From: a virus
Taxonomy: Duplodnaviria; Caudoviricetes
IMG/VR virus record: IMGVR_UViG_3300038393_002107
Span: 1-26,748 of that record
Length of the DNA: 26,748 nt
Direction: 5' to 3' (one strand)
Position numbers and translations under genes: made by a program. Each line of letters opens with the position of its first letter. Position 1 is the stretch's first letter. The notes beneath the pieces are model-generated. The model made no database searches and was not told the origin of the DNA. It worked only from the letters and a program-made list of their open reading frames with translations. Below, piece by piece: positions 8,154-15,257 of the stretch.

Positions 8154-8320
8154 GTACCAAGCAGCTTATTGGGATTGGAATGCTATGCGCTCTGGTAGGC
8201 GGCTTAATGTGGCAGGCGGCACGCGAAGGCCACTTGTCATCACTCTTACAGGGCGCGCTTTGGGGTGGGGGAATAAGCCTAATTATGATAACCGCAATGC
8301 GCCTTATTTCGGAGACATAA
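8150..8320 (+). CDS. Small two-helix membrane protein (56 aa; not in ORF track)
   Basis: MSTKQLIGIGMLCALVGGLMWQAAREGHLSSLLQGALWGGGISLIMITAMRLISET*. Stop abuts the ATG at 8321. Confidence 0.7.
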   Translation: MSTKQLIGIGMLCALVGGLMWQAAREGHLSSLLQGALWGGGISLIMITAMRLISET

Positions 8321-8527
8321 ATGGACCTCGACAATCATGAAGAAATCGAAACTGGCAGCGATGCTGAAGTGGAGCCGGAAGGTCATGCTGCAACGGAAGC
8401 ACAAGCTGAGGCGTACTGGTGTGTCATCTGCCAGCGCGCGATTCCCCTGCAAGACGGAATCTATATCCACGACGACAAGCCAGGACACGAAGTCCTGACG
8501 TTTGACGAAGAATCGAGGGCGCAATGA
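8321..8527 (+). CDS. Small acidic protein with CxxC and two His (possible Zn binding)
   Basis: WCVICQ...IHDDKPGH; GGAG SD; ATGA overlap. Confidence 0.7.
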   Translation: MDLDNHEEIETGSDAEVEPEGHAATEAQAEAYWCVICQRAIPLQDGIYIHDDKPGHEVLTFDEESRAQ

Positions 8528-8982
8528 CCGTGGACCTCGACAAGATGAAGGCGCTGGCACTGGCGGCGCCGAAGGACTGGTACGGCATCTATCAGATCGC
8601 GGACGGCGTGACCGACAACGACGCCGCCGCGCTCATGAAGGCATGCTCTCCCGCTGCTGTGCTTGAACTGATCGCCGAAGTCGAGCGCCTGCGGGCTGAG
8701 GTTGAGCGGCTCGAAGAAGGCATGAAAATCGCCATCAATGGTTTGCAAAACATCGCGGCTATCGAAGCGAGGGCGGCTCCCGCAGCGGGAACAGAGAAGG
8801 ATGCAGAGGATTGGCAGCTGCCGCGAACGCCAACGGATGAGATGCGCAACGCGGTCTATATGGCCCTGCACTATCACATGAGTGTCATTGAGCCGAACGA
8901 ATGGCAGGCGGCAGACGATGCGATTGCGGCGATGTATAAGGTTGCCGGGGCGCACAGCAAAGCCGGGAAGGAGCCGGCATGA
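8524..8982 (+). CDS. Ead/Ea22-like protein
   Basis: DLDKMKALALAA...ACSPAAVLELIAEVERL resembles the Ead/Ea22 signature; located just before xis. Confidence 0.7.
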   Translation: MTVDLDKMKALALAAPKDWYGIYQIADGVTDNDAAALMKACSPAAVLELIAEVERLRAEVERLEEGMKIAINGLQNIAAIEARAAPAAGTEKDAEDWQLPRTPTDEMRNAVYMALHYHMSVIEPNEWQAADDAIAAMYKVAGAHSKAGKEPA

Positions 8983-9203
8983 AACACTTAAACGAAAGGC
9001 CAAGCATGGACAGCAAAGAGGAAACGCCAGATCGCGTCATCTGGCGCCGTGAGTTACAAGCAGCGGCCGACGTCTCCAGTGAGACGGTACGCCGCTGGAT
9101 GCGCGATGGGAAATTGCCTGCGCCCGATGTGAACCTATCCCACCGCACGAAGGGCTGGCGGGTGTCTACCCTGCTCGCTGCAGGCATCAACCTGCTCAAT
9201 TGA
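8979..9203 (+). CDS. Excisionase / AlpA-like winged-helix protein
   Basis: IWRRELQAAADVSSETVRRWMRDGKLPAP...GW pattern; adjacent to the integrase. Confidence 0.85.
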   Translation: MKHLNERPSMDSKEETPDRVIWRRELQAAADVSSETVRRWMRDGKLPAPDVNLSHRTKGWRVSTLLAAGINLLN

Positions 9204-10349
9204 GTCGAGCCAGTCAGCCCAATCCTGAAGCATAGCCGTGCGTTCAGGTAGGTACTCCGCGCGGTTATACGCCGCGCGGATCTTGTCGTCTGGAGCGTGA
9301 GCAAGCTGCCGCTCGATAGCGTCCCGGTTGTACCCATTCTCGTTAGCCCAGGTACTCGCAATAGTGCGCCAACCGTGCCCGGTCATCTTCCCCTTGTAGC
9401 CAATACGATTGAGCAGTGCAAGGACGGCGTTTTCTGACATTGGCCGGTCGTCCGTGTGCTCTGCCGGGAAAACGAACTCACCTTTTCTCGACCTAGCCTT
9501 TAGCGTCTTCATCAGTTCGACAGCCTGTTTCGACAGCGGTACTAGGTGATCTCGGTTCTTCTTCATCCGCTCCTTTGGGATGCGCCACATCGAACCATCG
9601 ACTTCGCTGAACCGCATTCCCCTTAGTTCGCCGGTCCGCACCCACGTAAGAGCCATAAAGCGGAATGCTAGAACGCTCTGAATCTGATCTTCGAGTGCTA
9701 CCCGGCGCATCATTTCCGGGACTTCACTCAGGTCAACGGCGGCATGGTGTTCGACCTTAGCGCGGGCGAATGCGTTGCGAGGGTTGATGAGCGCTGCCGG
9801 GTTGATCTTCGCGTGGCCGTTCTCGACCGCCCATTCGAATACCTGCCCGATCCACATGCGCACCTTCCGGACGTAGACAGCGAGACCCGCAGCATTCATC
9901 ACCTGGAGCGCATCCATCAGGTCTTGGCGCTCGATGCTGCCGATATTGCGATTACCGAGGATCGGCACCAGGTGCATTTCAATGGCGCGCTTGGCATTGG
10001 TGCGGTAGGTTTCCGAGATATCGCGCCTTCCCTCCCAAAACTCAGCAGAAGCCTGCTCAAGCGTCAGGCCAGCCCGTTGCACGCGTCGCGGCGCCATTGG
10101 ATCGCCACCGGCCGCCAGAGTCGCCTTAACCTCGTCCCGCCGGGCGCGCGCAGCTGCCAACGTCACAGCCGGATACGACCCGAAGCTCATCGTCTGTGGC
10201 CGGCCATCGATCCGATACGCAAGTCGCCAAGTCTTCGAGCCGGTCGTCGACACAAACAAGTGCAAGCCACCGCCGTCGAACAGCTTCTTGGGCTTGTCCG
10301 TCGCTACCTCAGCCTTGCATTGGCGGTCTGTAAGGGTATTTGTAGGCAT
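9135..10349 (-). CDS. int: P4-family tyrosine integrase
   Basis: Arm-binding domain (KLFDGGGLHL...GSKTWRL...GSYPAVTLAAAR) and catalytic R(TGE), K, HGWR, LAH and AYNR motifs; GAGGAG SD. Confidence 0.97.
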   Translation of the reverse strand: MPTNTLTDRQCKAEVATDKPKKLFDGGGLHLFVSTTGSKTWRLAYRIDGRPQTMSFGSYPAVTLAAARARRDEVKATLAAGGDPMAPRRVQRAGLTLEQASAEFWEGRRDISETYRTNAKRAIEMHLVPILGNRNIGSIERQDLMDALQVMNAAGLAVYVRKVRMWIGQVFEWAVENGHAKINPAALINPRNAFARAKVEHHAAVDLSEVPEMMRRVALEDQIQSVLAFRFMALTWVRTGELRGMRFSEVDGSMWRIPKERMKKNRDHLVPLSKQAVELMKTLKARSRKGEFVFPAEHTDDRPMSENAVLALLNRIGYKGKMTGHGWRTIASTWANENGYNRDAIERQLAHAPDDKIRAAYNRAEYLPERTAMLQDWADWLDSIEQVDACSEQGRHPPALRAVG

Positions 10350-10442
10350 CGTCGCTCCTCAACCGGTTCCGTACCTACATCCGTGCCTACACATGGGGTG
10401 TGTGACACGGTGGTGTACTGTTGGGTATCGAGGGCAACAGAT

Positions 10443-10482
10443 AAAGAAAAACCCTCGTAGAACGTTGATTCTACAAGGGTTT
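10443..10482 (-). terminator. Intrinsic terminator downstream of the tRNA 3' fragment
   Basis: On the - strand AAACCCTTGTAGAA-tcaacg-TTCTACGAGGGTTT (14 bp, one G-U) is followed by TTCTTT. Confidence 0.7.
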
Positions 10483-10525
10483 CGAGGGGATATGTTCGTT
10501 GCTATGCGAACATTTCTTATATTCT

Positions 10526-10550
10526 TGGCGGAGGCGGTGGGATTCGAACC
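10526..10550 (-). other. attP core = 3' end of a tRNA (probably tRNA-Ser)
   Basis: The - strand reads GGTTCGAATCCCACCGCCTCCGCCA: T-loop, acceptor 3' strand, G discriminator and CCA. The 5' half of the tRNA is absent and phage genes lie on both sides. Confidence 0.9.
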
Positions 10551-10722
10551 ACTTGGATTTAAGGGATCTATGAGAAGGAAAATTCTCGATACCGACAAGG
10601 ATGCCTACAGGCGAACGCCGCTATGACTGAACTATTTTGTAGTCCGTATTCATTATTCTACTTGTGCGCCACAGTCGAGTTGCCTTCACTCCACAGACTC
10701 GCAGTATGAAAATTACAAAGAC

Positions 10723-10751
10723 TTGAACCGGCCTCAGCCTTACGATATCCT
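10723..10751 (+). promoter_or_regulatory. Putative sigma70 promoter of the moron
   Basis: TTGAAC-17 nt-TATCCT in an AT-rich intergenic region, about 30 nt before the start codon. Confidence 0.55.
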
Positions 10752-10783
10752 CCATTTCTTCTCGCGAAAAAATGGAGGATGAC

Positions 10784-11686
10784 GTGTCGACGGCTAAAAA
10801 TCTTATCAGCCGCTATCCCGAGGGCACATTCATTCTCCTGTTGAGCCCAATCGTTCTACTGCTTGCCTCGCAATCCGGCATCACGTTTAGGGATTTCGAG
10901 GTCGCATTTCTGCCCACTCTTGTACTGGGAGGCGTCTGGGTTTGGTACGCTACTCGCGGGAACGATGCCAAGTTGAGTGACTTTGCCTATTATCCACTAA
11001 TGCTACTACTGGCTGGTGTTGGTGGCGAGGTCCTGTCGTATGTTGCGGTAGACCCTGCACTGCCGGTCTATGACGATGTATTAGCTGGGGTGGATGCGAC
11101 GCTGCACTTTCATTGGCCCGACTGGCTGGCTTTTCAGCACGCGCGCCCATGGTATGGCCGAGTCATGAAACTCGCCTACGATAGTTGGGTAGTGCAGCTC
11201 TATGGCAGTGCGCTGTACTTCGCTCTCAGCGGTCAACAGTGGAGAAATCGAGAGTTGCTGCGAATTGCGATTGCCTCGTCCGCATTCACGCTTGCCATCT
11301 TCTATAACTTTCCGGCGCTGGGTCCACTGGTTCATTTCTCGGTGGCGCCAAAATTGGAATCGTTTCTACACGTGGTTAATTTGCGCGCCGGCATTCCGCT
11401 CACTCTTGGCCCGCTCGACCTACAGGGCCTGGTTTCGTTCCCGTCCTTTCACACCGTTATGGCGATGACGTTCATTTATGTGCACCGCGGGCAAGGCTGG
11501 TTGACATGGGTAGTGGTCGGGCTAAACCTTACAATGCTTCTCGCGACGATCGTGTGCGGCGCGCATTACCTTGTTGATCTGCTTGGCGGGGCACTGGTTG
11601 CACTAGTAGCGATTGCACTTGTTCGGATGTCGATGTATACGAGCGAGAAGCGTATTATCAAGCCGCAGCCAGCATCTCCGGTGTAA
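10784..11686 (+). CDS. PAP2-superfamily (Aur1/Ipt1-like) integral-membrane phosphatase/phosphotransferase moron
   Basis: Several hydrophobic helices; motifs FPALGP, SFPSFH and GAHYLVDLLGG. GGAGG SD favours GTG 10784 (ATG 10772 is in frame). Confidence 0.85.
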   Translation: MSTAKNLISRYPEGTFILLLSPIVLLLASQSGITFRDFEVAFLPTLVLGGVWVWYATRGNDAKLSDFAYYPLMLLLAGVGGEVLSYVAVDPALPVYDDVLAGVDATLHFHWPDWLAFQHARPWYGRVMKLAYDSWVVQLYGSALYFALSGQQWRNRELLRIAIASSAFTLAIFYNFPALGPLVHFSVAPKLESFLHVVNLRAGIPLTLGPLDLQGLVSFPSFHTVMAMTFIYVHRGQGWLTWVVVGLNLTMLLATIVCGAHYLVDLLGGALVALVAIALVRMSMYTSEKRIIKPQPASPV

Positions 11687-12845
11687 CCGTATTTCGACAG
11701 ACCTGGCCGTAGTCGGCGTGATAAGTGATTGCCGTGCATTGCCGCTCACTCATCCACCCGCCGCGCGCCGCATAGGCATCCCGAGCCGCCAGGGTCGAGT
11801 GCTGCACGACCGACATGCCCGAATGCTCCTTCTCCTCGAAGTGGTGGCGATGGCCTGTGTGAGCGTAGCGCCTGGTTGTCTCGCCCCATACCTTCGGGAA
11901 CTGTGCGGCAAACAGTAGCGGCAACTGGTCGTTCCTCCGTAGGTGGCCGTGGTGCCATGCGAGCATTGTCTTACCGTGTTGGTAGACGTAGTATGGTAAC
12001 TCCGAGTCAATCACTTCGACGCGCGGCTCGTTCTCGTACAGCGCCTTGAACATGGCGCGCAGCCAGACGGAGCTTGCCAGGTCGTGGTTCCCCTCGGCCA
12101 TAAGCACGACGACGCGCTCATGCTTCAGCAGCGCATAGCCAACCACGCGGCGCAGGATCCTGATTGCGGTCTGCACTACTTTCGAGAAGCGGCCGTCTTG
12201 GTCCAGAACGTGACCGGAGGTGGGCGTTCTCCCCTCGATCAGTCCCATGCCATCGCTATGCAGGAAGTCGCCGAGTTGTGCGACGATGCCGATGCGCGCC
12301 GGAGGGCTTGCGTTGACCATGTGCTCGAAGCAGCCGACTAGGGTACGCTCAGCGATCGACAAGTCCCAATCGCCGTTTGGGTCAAGATTCTCGCGATGCC
12401 AGCACATAGCGCCGACGTGGCTGTCAGTCAGGGTGTAGACGCTGGCGAGCTTCGCGTCGGTGAGCGCTGGCGCCTTAGCCGGCTTCGCGCGCGGAATGTC
12501 TTCCGCCATAGCGGCGACAACGGCGCGCATTAGCTCCAACTGTCGCTCTTGATCAGGACTCTGCCGCTCCCACGTACGCTCTACTTCTCCGCCCGGACCG
12601 CGTTGGACCGTGACCTTGCCCATGTTGAACCCGGGCGCGACGCCGCTATCGAAGTGCCCGGGCGCATACCCCCGCCGCGCTGCCGACGCTTTCAGGCGCT
12701 CGATCGCCTGCTGTACGCTGCTCTTTGACGCGCCGAGTTCACGCGCCGCAGCTCGCATACTGCCAAGGCGGTTTGTGGCCTCGATAAATTGCGCCTGCCG
12801 TGGGGTCGGGTCGAACTCAAGCAACTTCGGATCGATGGTTGTCAT
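11658..12845 (-). CDS. HTH plus calcineurin-like metallophosphoesterase
   Basis: N-terminal GSMRAAARELGASKSSVQQAI helix-turn-helix; motifs DSH, GDFLH, GNHD, HHGH and GHRH. Confidence 0.85.
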   Translation of the reverse strand: MTTIDPKLLEFDPTPRQAQFIEATNRLGSMRAAARELGASKSSVQQAIERLKASAARRGYAPGHFDSGVAPGFNMGKVTVQRGPGGEVERTWERQSPDQERQLELMRAVVAAMAEDIPRAKPAKAPALTDAKLASVYTLTDSHVGAMCWHRENLDPNGDWDLSIAERTLVGCFEHMVNASPPARIGIVAQLGDFLHSDGMGLIEGRTPTSGHVLDQDGRFSKVVQTAIRILRRVVGYALLKHERVVVLMAEGNHDLASSVWLRAMFKALYENEPRVEVIDSELPYYVYQHGKTMLAWHHGHLRRNDQLPLLFAAQFPKVWGETTRRYAHTGHRHHFEEKEHSGMSVVQHSTLAARDAYAARGGWMSERQCTAITYHADYGQVCRNTVTPEMLAAA

Positions 12846-12854
12846 GCTTTTCCT

Positions 12855-13097
12855 TCACTTGGGCCAAGCCTGGACGGTCTTGGCGTGGCGGGCGGCGCAG
12901 TTGGCGTACTGGTGCAGCAGATCGATCGCCCAGAGCTGCCATACGTCGTAATCTGGTGCGTCAGGCTTTACGATGGGCGGGCATGGAGCGGCGAGCGCGC
13001 TATCGAGGGATGGCCTGATTGGCGGCGTCGATGGCGGAGTCGAGGTTGCGCACGCGGTCAGGAGTAGGCCTGCAGTCAGGAGGCAGAGGTTTCGCAT
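12855..13097 (-). CDS. o-spanin lipoprotein (Rz1-like)
   Basis: MRNLCLLTAGLLLTA-C lipobox, Pro-rich mature part, overlaps the i-spanin 3' end in another frame. Confidence 0.85.
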   Translation of the reverse strand: MRNLCLLTAGLLLTACATSTPPSTPPIRPSLDSALAAPCPPIVKPDAPDYDVWQLWAIDLLHQYANCAARHAKTVQAWPK

Positions 13098-13374
13098 TGC
13101 GTAGCTCCTTGGTGAGCGCCGTGATCTTGGGCGCGAGTGTGTTCTGAATGCCCGTGTACTCGGTGGCCGCCTGATGGATCGCTGCAGCATCCGCCTTCAA
13201 AGTTGTCATGGCAGCCGCTGCCTGATCGGCCTTCTCTTTGGCGTGCGCTGCCTCGACCTTGGCCAGCGCGGAGTGCAACCGCCAGCCGTTGACGAGCCAG
13301 CCAGTGCCGAAGCCAAGGGCCAAGACCAGCAGCAGCCTGAACGGCGCCAGGCGCAGCATGAAAGCGGCGATCAT
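13000..13374 (-). CDS. i-spanin (Rz-like)
   Basis: N-terminal TM helix, helical periplasmic domain, C-terminal Cys; ATGA overlap with the endolysin stop. Confidence 0.85.
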   Translation of the reverse strand: MIAAFMLRLAPFRLLLVLALGFGTGWLVNGWRLHSALAKVEAAHAKEKADQAAAAMTTLKADAAAIHQAATEYTGIQNTLAPKITALTKELRNAKPLPPDCRPTPDRVRNLDSAIDAANQAIPR

Positions 13375-13856
13375 TTCAGCCCCTTCATGCACAGCTCGCG
13401 TTCGCGCTGCCGGCGCTTTGTTAGTCCGTCCACCTCGCGCCCGCCGACCCGGTTCCACAGCAGCAGCGCATCGCAAGCGCCGCGCATGTCGCCACTATTT
13501 GTCTTGCGCGCCATGCTCGAACCGCAGAACGCCGGAACGCCAATATTGAAAGCCGCATCCACGAATGCGACGCGCTGGCCGTCCGTGAGGCGCTCGATGT
13601 TCACGCACTTGGCAATCCCTGCCGCGTGCCGCTCAAGGTCGCGATCAAGCTGGGCCGCGCACTCTGCTGGCGAGTAGGTCTTGCCCCACTGCGCATCCTC
13701 AGTCGCCCCCGTACAGTAGGTAAGCACGCCGCCAACGTCTTTGTAAGTAGCGTAGACGGTGCCCTCTTGGGCTGGCGTGAACACCAGCAGGCTAGCCGCA
13801 GCGACGGAACCAACGATGGCGGCGAGGCCGCGCTTACCCGGCCTATTTGGCATCAT
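13371..13856 (-). CDS. SAR endolysin, GH24 lysozyme
   Basis: E-X8-D-X5-T triad (EGTVYATYKDVGGVLT), Ala/Gly-rich N-terminal SAR segment, AFNIG and GLTKRRQRERELC. Confidence 0.93.
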   Translation of the reverse strand: MMPNRPGKRGLAAIVGSVAAASLLVFTPAQEGTVYATYKDVGGVLTYCTGATEDAQWGKTYSPAECAAQLDRDLERHAAGIAKCVNIERLTDGQRVAFVDAAFNIGVPAFCGSSMARKTNSGDMRGACDALLLWNRVGGREVDGLTKRRQRERELCMKGLK

Positions 13857-14064
13857 TGGTCAGCTCCTTTTGCGCCATCACCCGGGCGGCGGTTGCGGCG
13901 ATCGACACGATGAAAGCGATGCCGGCAAACACACCCGGACGTATCGATGTTGGCTGCCAGATTTGGACCGCGATCTCACCGCCCCCGCAAATCGCAGCCG
14001 CCACATTAAATTTGACTGACCACGCTTTGCGCAGGACCGTCCGCCAATCCTCTACAAGTCGCAT
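13843..14064 (-). CDS. Putative holin (73 aa)
   Basis: AAGGAGG SD; MRLVEDWRTVLRKAWSVKF followed by two hydrophobic segments; directly upstream of the endolysin. Confidence 0.75.
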   Translation of the reverse strand: MRLVEDWRTVLRKAWSVKFNVAAAICGGGEIAVQIWQPTSIRPGVFAGIAFIVSIAATAARVMAQKELTNDAK

Positions 14065-14252
14065 CGTTCCTCCTTCTGCGCTTTTCGTTCGCGCCGGGTC
14101 TTCATTGGAACCGAGTGATAGAACTGAAAGGCGATCCAGAGGATCGATACCAGGGCTGCCAAGGGAGGGAGCGCATTGGCGAACCACCCAGCGATAGTGA
14201 CGGTGGCGGCAACCGTGGATGCGGTGTCGAAGATGTGTTTGATGTGGTCCAT
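14052..14252 (-). CDS. Putative holin/antiholin (66 aa)
   Basis: Hydrophobic core with basic C-terminal tail; overlaps the next holin-like gene. Confidence 0.65.
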   Translation of the reverse strand: MDHIKHIFDTASTVAATVTIAGWFANALPPLAALVSILWIAFQFYHSVPMKTRRERKAQKEERCDL

Positions 14253-14322
14253 GTGGACTCGCAGGTGACCGCGATGAGCGGGTTGGTTGAGGAGATGTGG
14301 TGTCCGGTCGGCGCCGGCTAAG

Positions 14323-14598
14323 TCAGTATTTGTCGCAGTGGCCCGGGTCTATCTTGTCGAGAAGCCGACACAAGATGCAGGCCCACCGTCTCCCCTCTTT
14401 GCGCACACGCTGCGCTCTTCCGCTCAGGTATTCGCTGTCGTCGCCGCCAGTCGAAGCATTGCCAACCCGGTCATAGCCCTTGGCGATAGTCCAGGCGCGG
14501 GGAGAGCCAACCAGAATCGAGATAAGCATCCAAGGCAGGGTGATCGCCGCGCACATGACGCATACCAACCAAATTCCAAGCAATCCGACGCGCTGCAT
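14323..14598 (-). CDS. Conserved phage membrane protein (WAC.LCR.LD..DPGHC motif)
   Basis: GAGGT SD; N-terminal TM segment; Cys-rich C-terminal motif often seen near lysis and tail genes. Confidence 0.75.
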   Translation of the reverse strand: MQRVGLLGIWLVCVMCAAITLPWMLISILVGSPRAWTIAKGYDRVGNASTGGDDSEYLSGRAQRVRKEGRRWACILCRLLDKIDPGHCDKY

Positions 14599-14609
14599 AG
14601 CGACCTCAC

Positions 14610-14637
14610 AAAAAGAAAAGCCGCCCGGAGGCGGCCT
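14610..14637 (-). terminator. Intrinsic terminator between tail and lysis modules
   Basis: - strand GCCGCC-TCCG-GGCGGC-TTTTCTTTTT. Confidence 0.8.
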
Positions 14638-14658
14638 CATGGCAGGCAGGATGGGGGA

Positions 14659-15045
14659 TTAGATCGCCAGGATCTCGGCTCCGCGCCCCGGCGCTAGCAG
14701 TCCGGCAGCCTCCAGCTGCGCGATGCCAGCAACAGTAAGCGGGTCATCGAAGTGGATCATGTCGGCCTTGTCGGTCATGGCACACAGATCGGCCACCGCG
14801 CCATTGGTCAGTGCTGCGGCACGGATCGCCGCGCGCTCCTCGGCTGTGAAGCGCGTCTTCAGCCACGTGAACGGGTCCATTTGGGCGATCGTGTACGAGC
14901 GAACCAGGCTCGCCAGTTGGCCGTCCACGAGCTTTTGCACGAAGGCCTCGAGCGTCAGTTGCGGGTTGCTGGCGTTGTAGGCATCCAGCGCACGTTGCAG
15001 CGCGACGGCTTTGGGGTTCTCGGTGATGCTGATGGTGTATTCCAT
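14659..15045 (-). CDS. Tail-fibre-associated protein (possible assembly chaperone)
   Basis: RFTAEERAAI...DDPLTVAGIAQLEAAGLLAPGRGAEIL motif typical of genes following fibre genes. Confidence 0.65.
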   Translation of the reverse strand: MEYTISITENPKAVALQRALDAYNASNPQLTLEAFVQKLVDGQLASLVRSYTIAQMDPFTWLKTRFTAEERAAIRAAALTNGAVADLCAMTDKADMIHFDDPLTVAGIAQLEAAGLLAPGRGAEILAI

Positions 15046-15057
15046 GATGCCCTTTCT

Positions 15058-15255
15058 TTAGGTGCAAACGAAGACTTGTGGGCGAGCTGCCGCGCCTGCC
15101 GTTCCGATGGTGACGGCGTAGACCGTCAGCTTGCTGATCATTTCCCGGATCTCGCCCTGCCCGGTAACTGCATAGGCGACAAACTTGGGCGCATTGGCTG
15201 TATTGACTGAAGCGCCGGTAATGGCATAGCCGCTGGCTTTGGATACGTCAGCCAT
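15058..15255 (-). CDS. Small tail-module protein with three internal repeats
   Basis: SKASGYAITG / PKFVAYAVTG / SKLTVYAVT; 2-nt gap after the upstream gene. Confidence 0.7.
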   Translation of the reverse strand: MADVSKASGYAITGASVNTANAPKFVAYAVTGQGEIREMISKLTVYAVTIGTAGAAARPQVFVCT

Positions 15256-15257
15256 GA

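Larger units (their letters stand above)
10341..10609. repeat. Integrase arm-type binding repeats flanking the att core
   Basis: CCGTACCTACA (10369-10379) and CCGTGCCTACA (10381-10391); GATACCGACA (10588-10597) and GATGCCTACA (10600-10609); both pairs have 12-bp period. An inverted GATGCCTACA lies at 10341-10350. Confidence 0.75.

Noticed and set aside
8110-8340. 76-aa ORF from the track
   Set aside because: Replaced by the better-coupled 7974-8153 and 8150-8320 frames, which have SD and ATGA junctions.
10526-10550. Complete tRNA gene
   Set aside because: Only the T-loop to CCA is present; the similarity stops at 10550, so it is an att core.
10369-10609. CRISPR-like array
   Set aside because: The repeats are 10-11 bp in pairs without spacers and fit integrase arm sites.
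9744-10626. + strand ORFs across int and attP (238 aa, 112 aa)
   Set aside because: Antisense to the integrase or running through att sites; no protein-like features.
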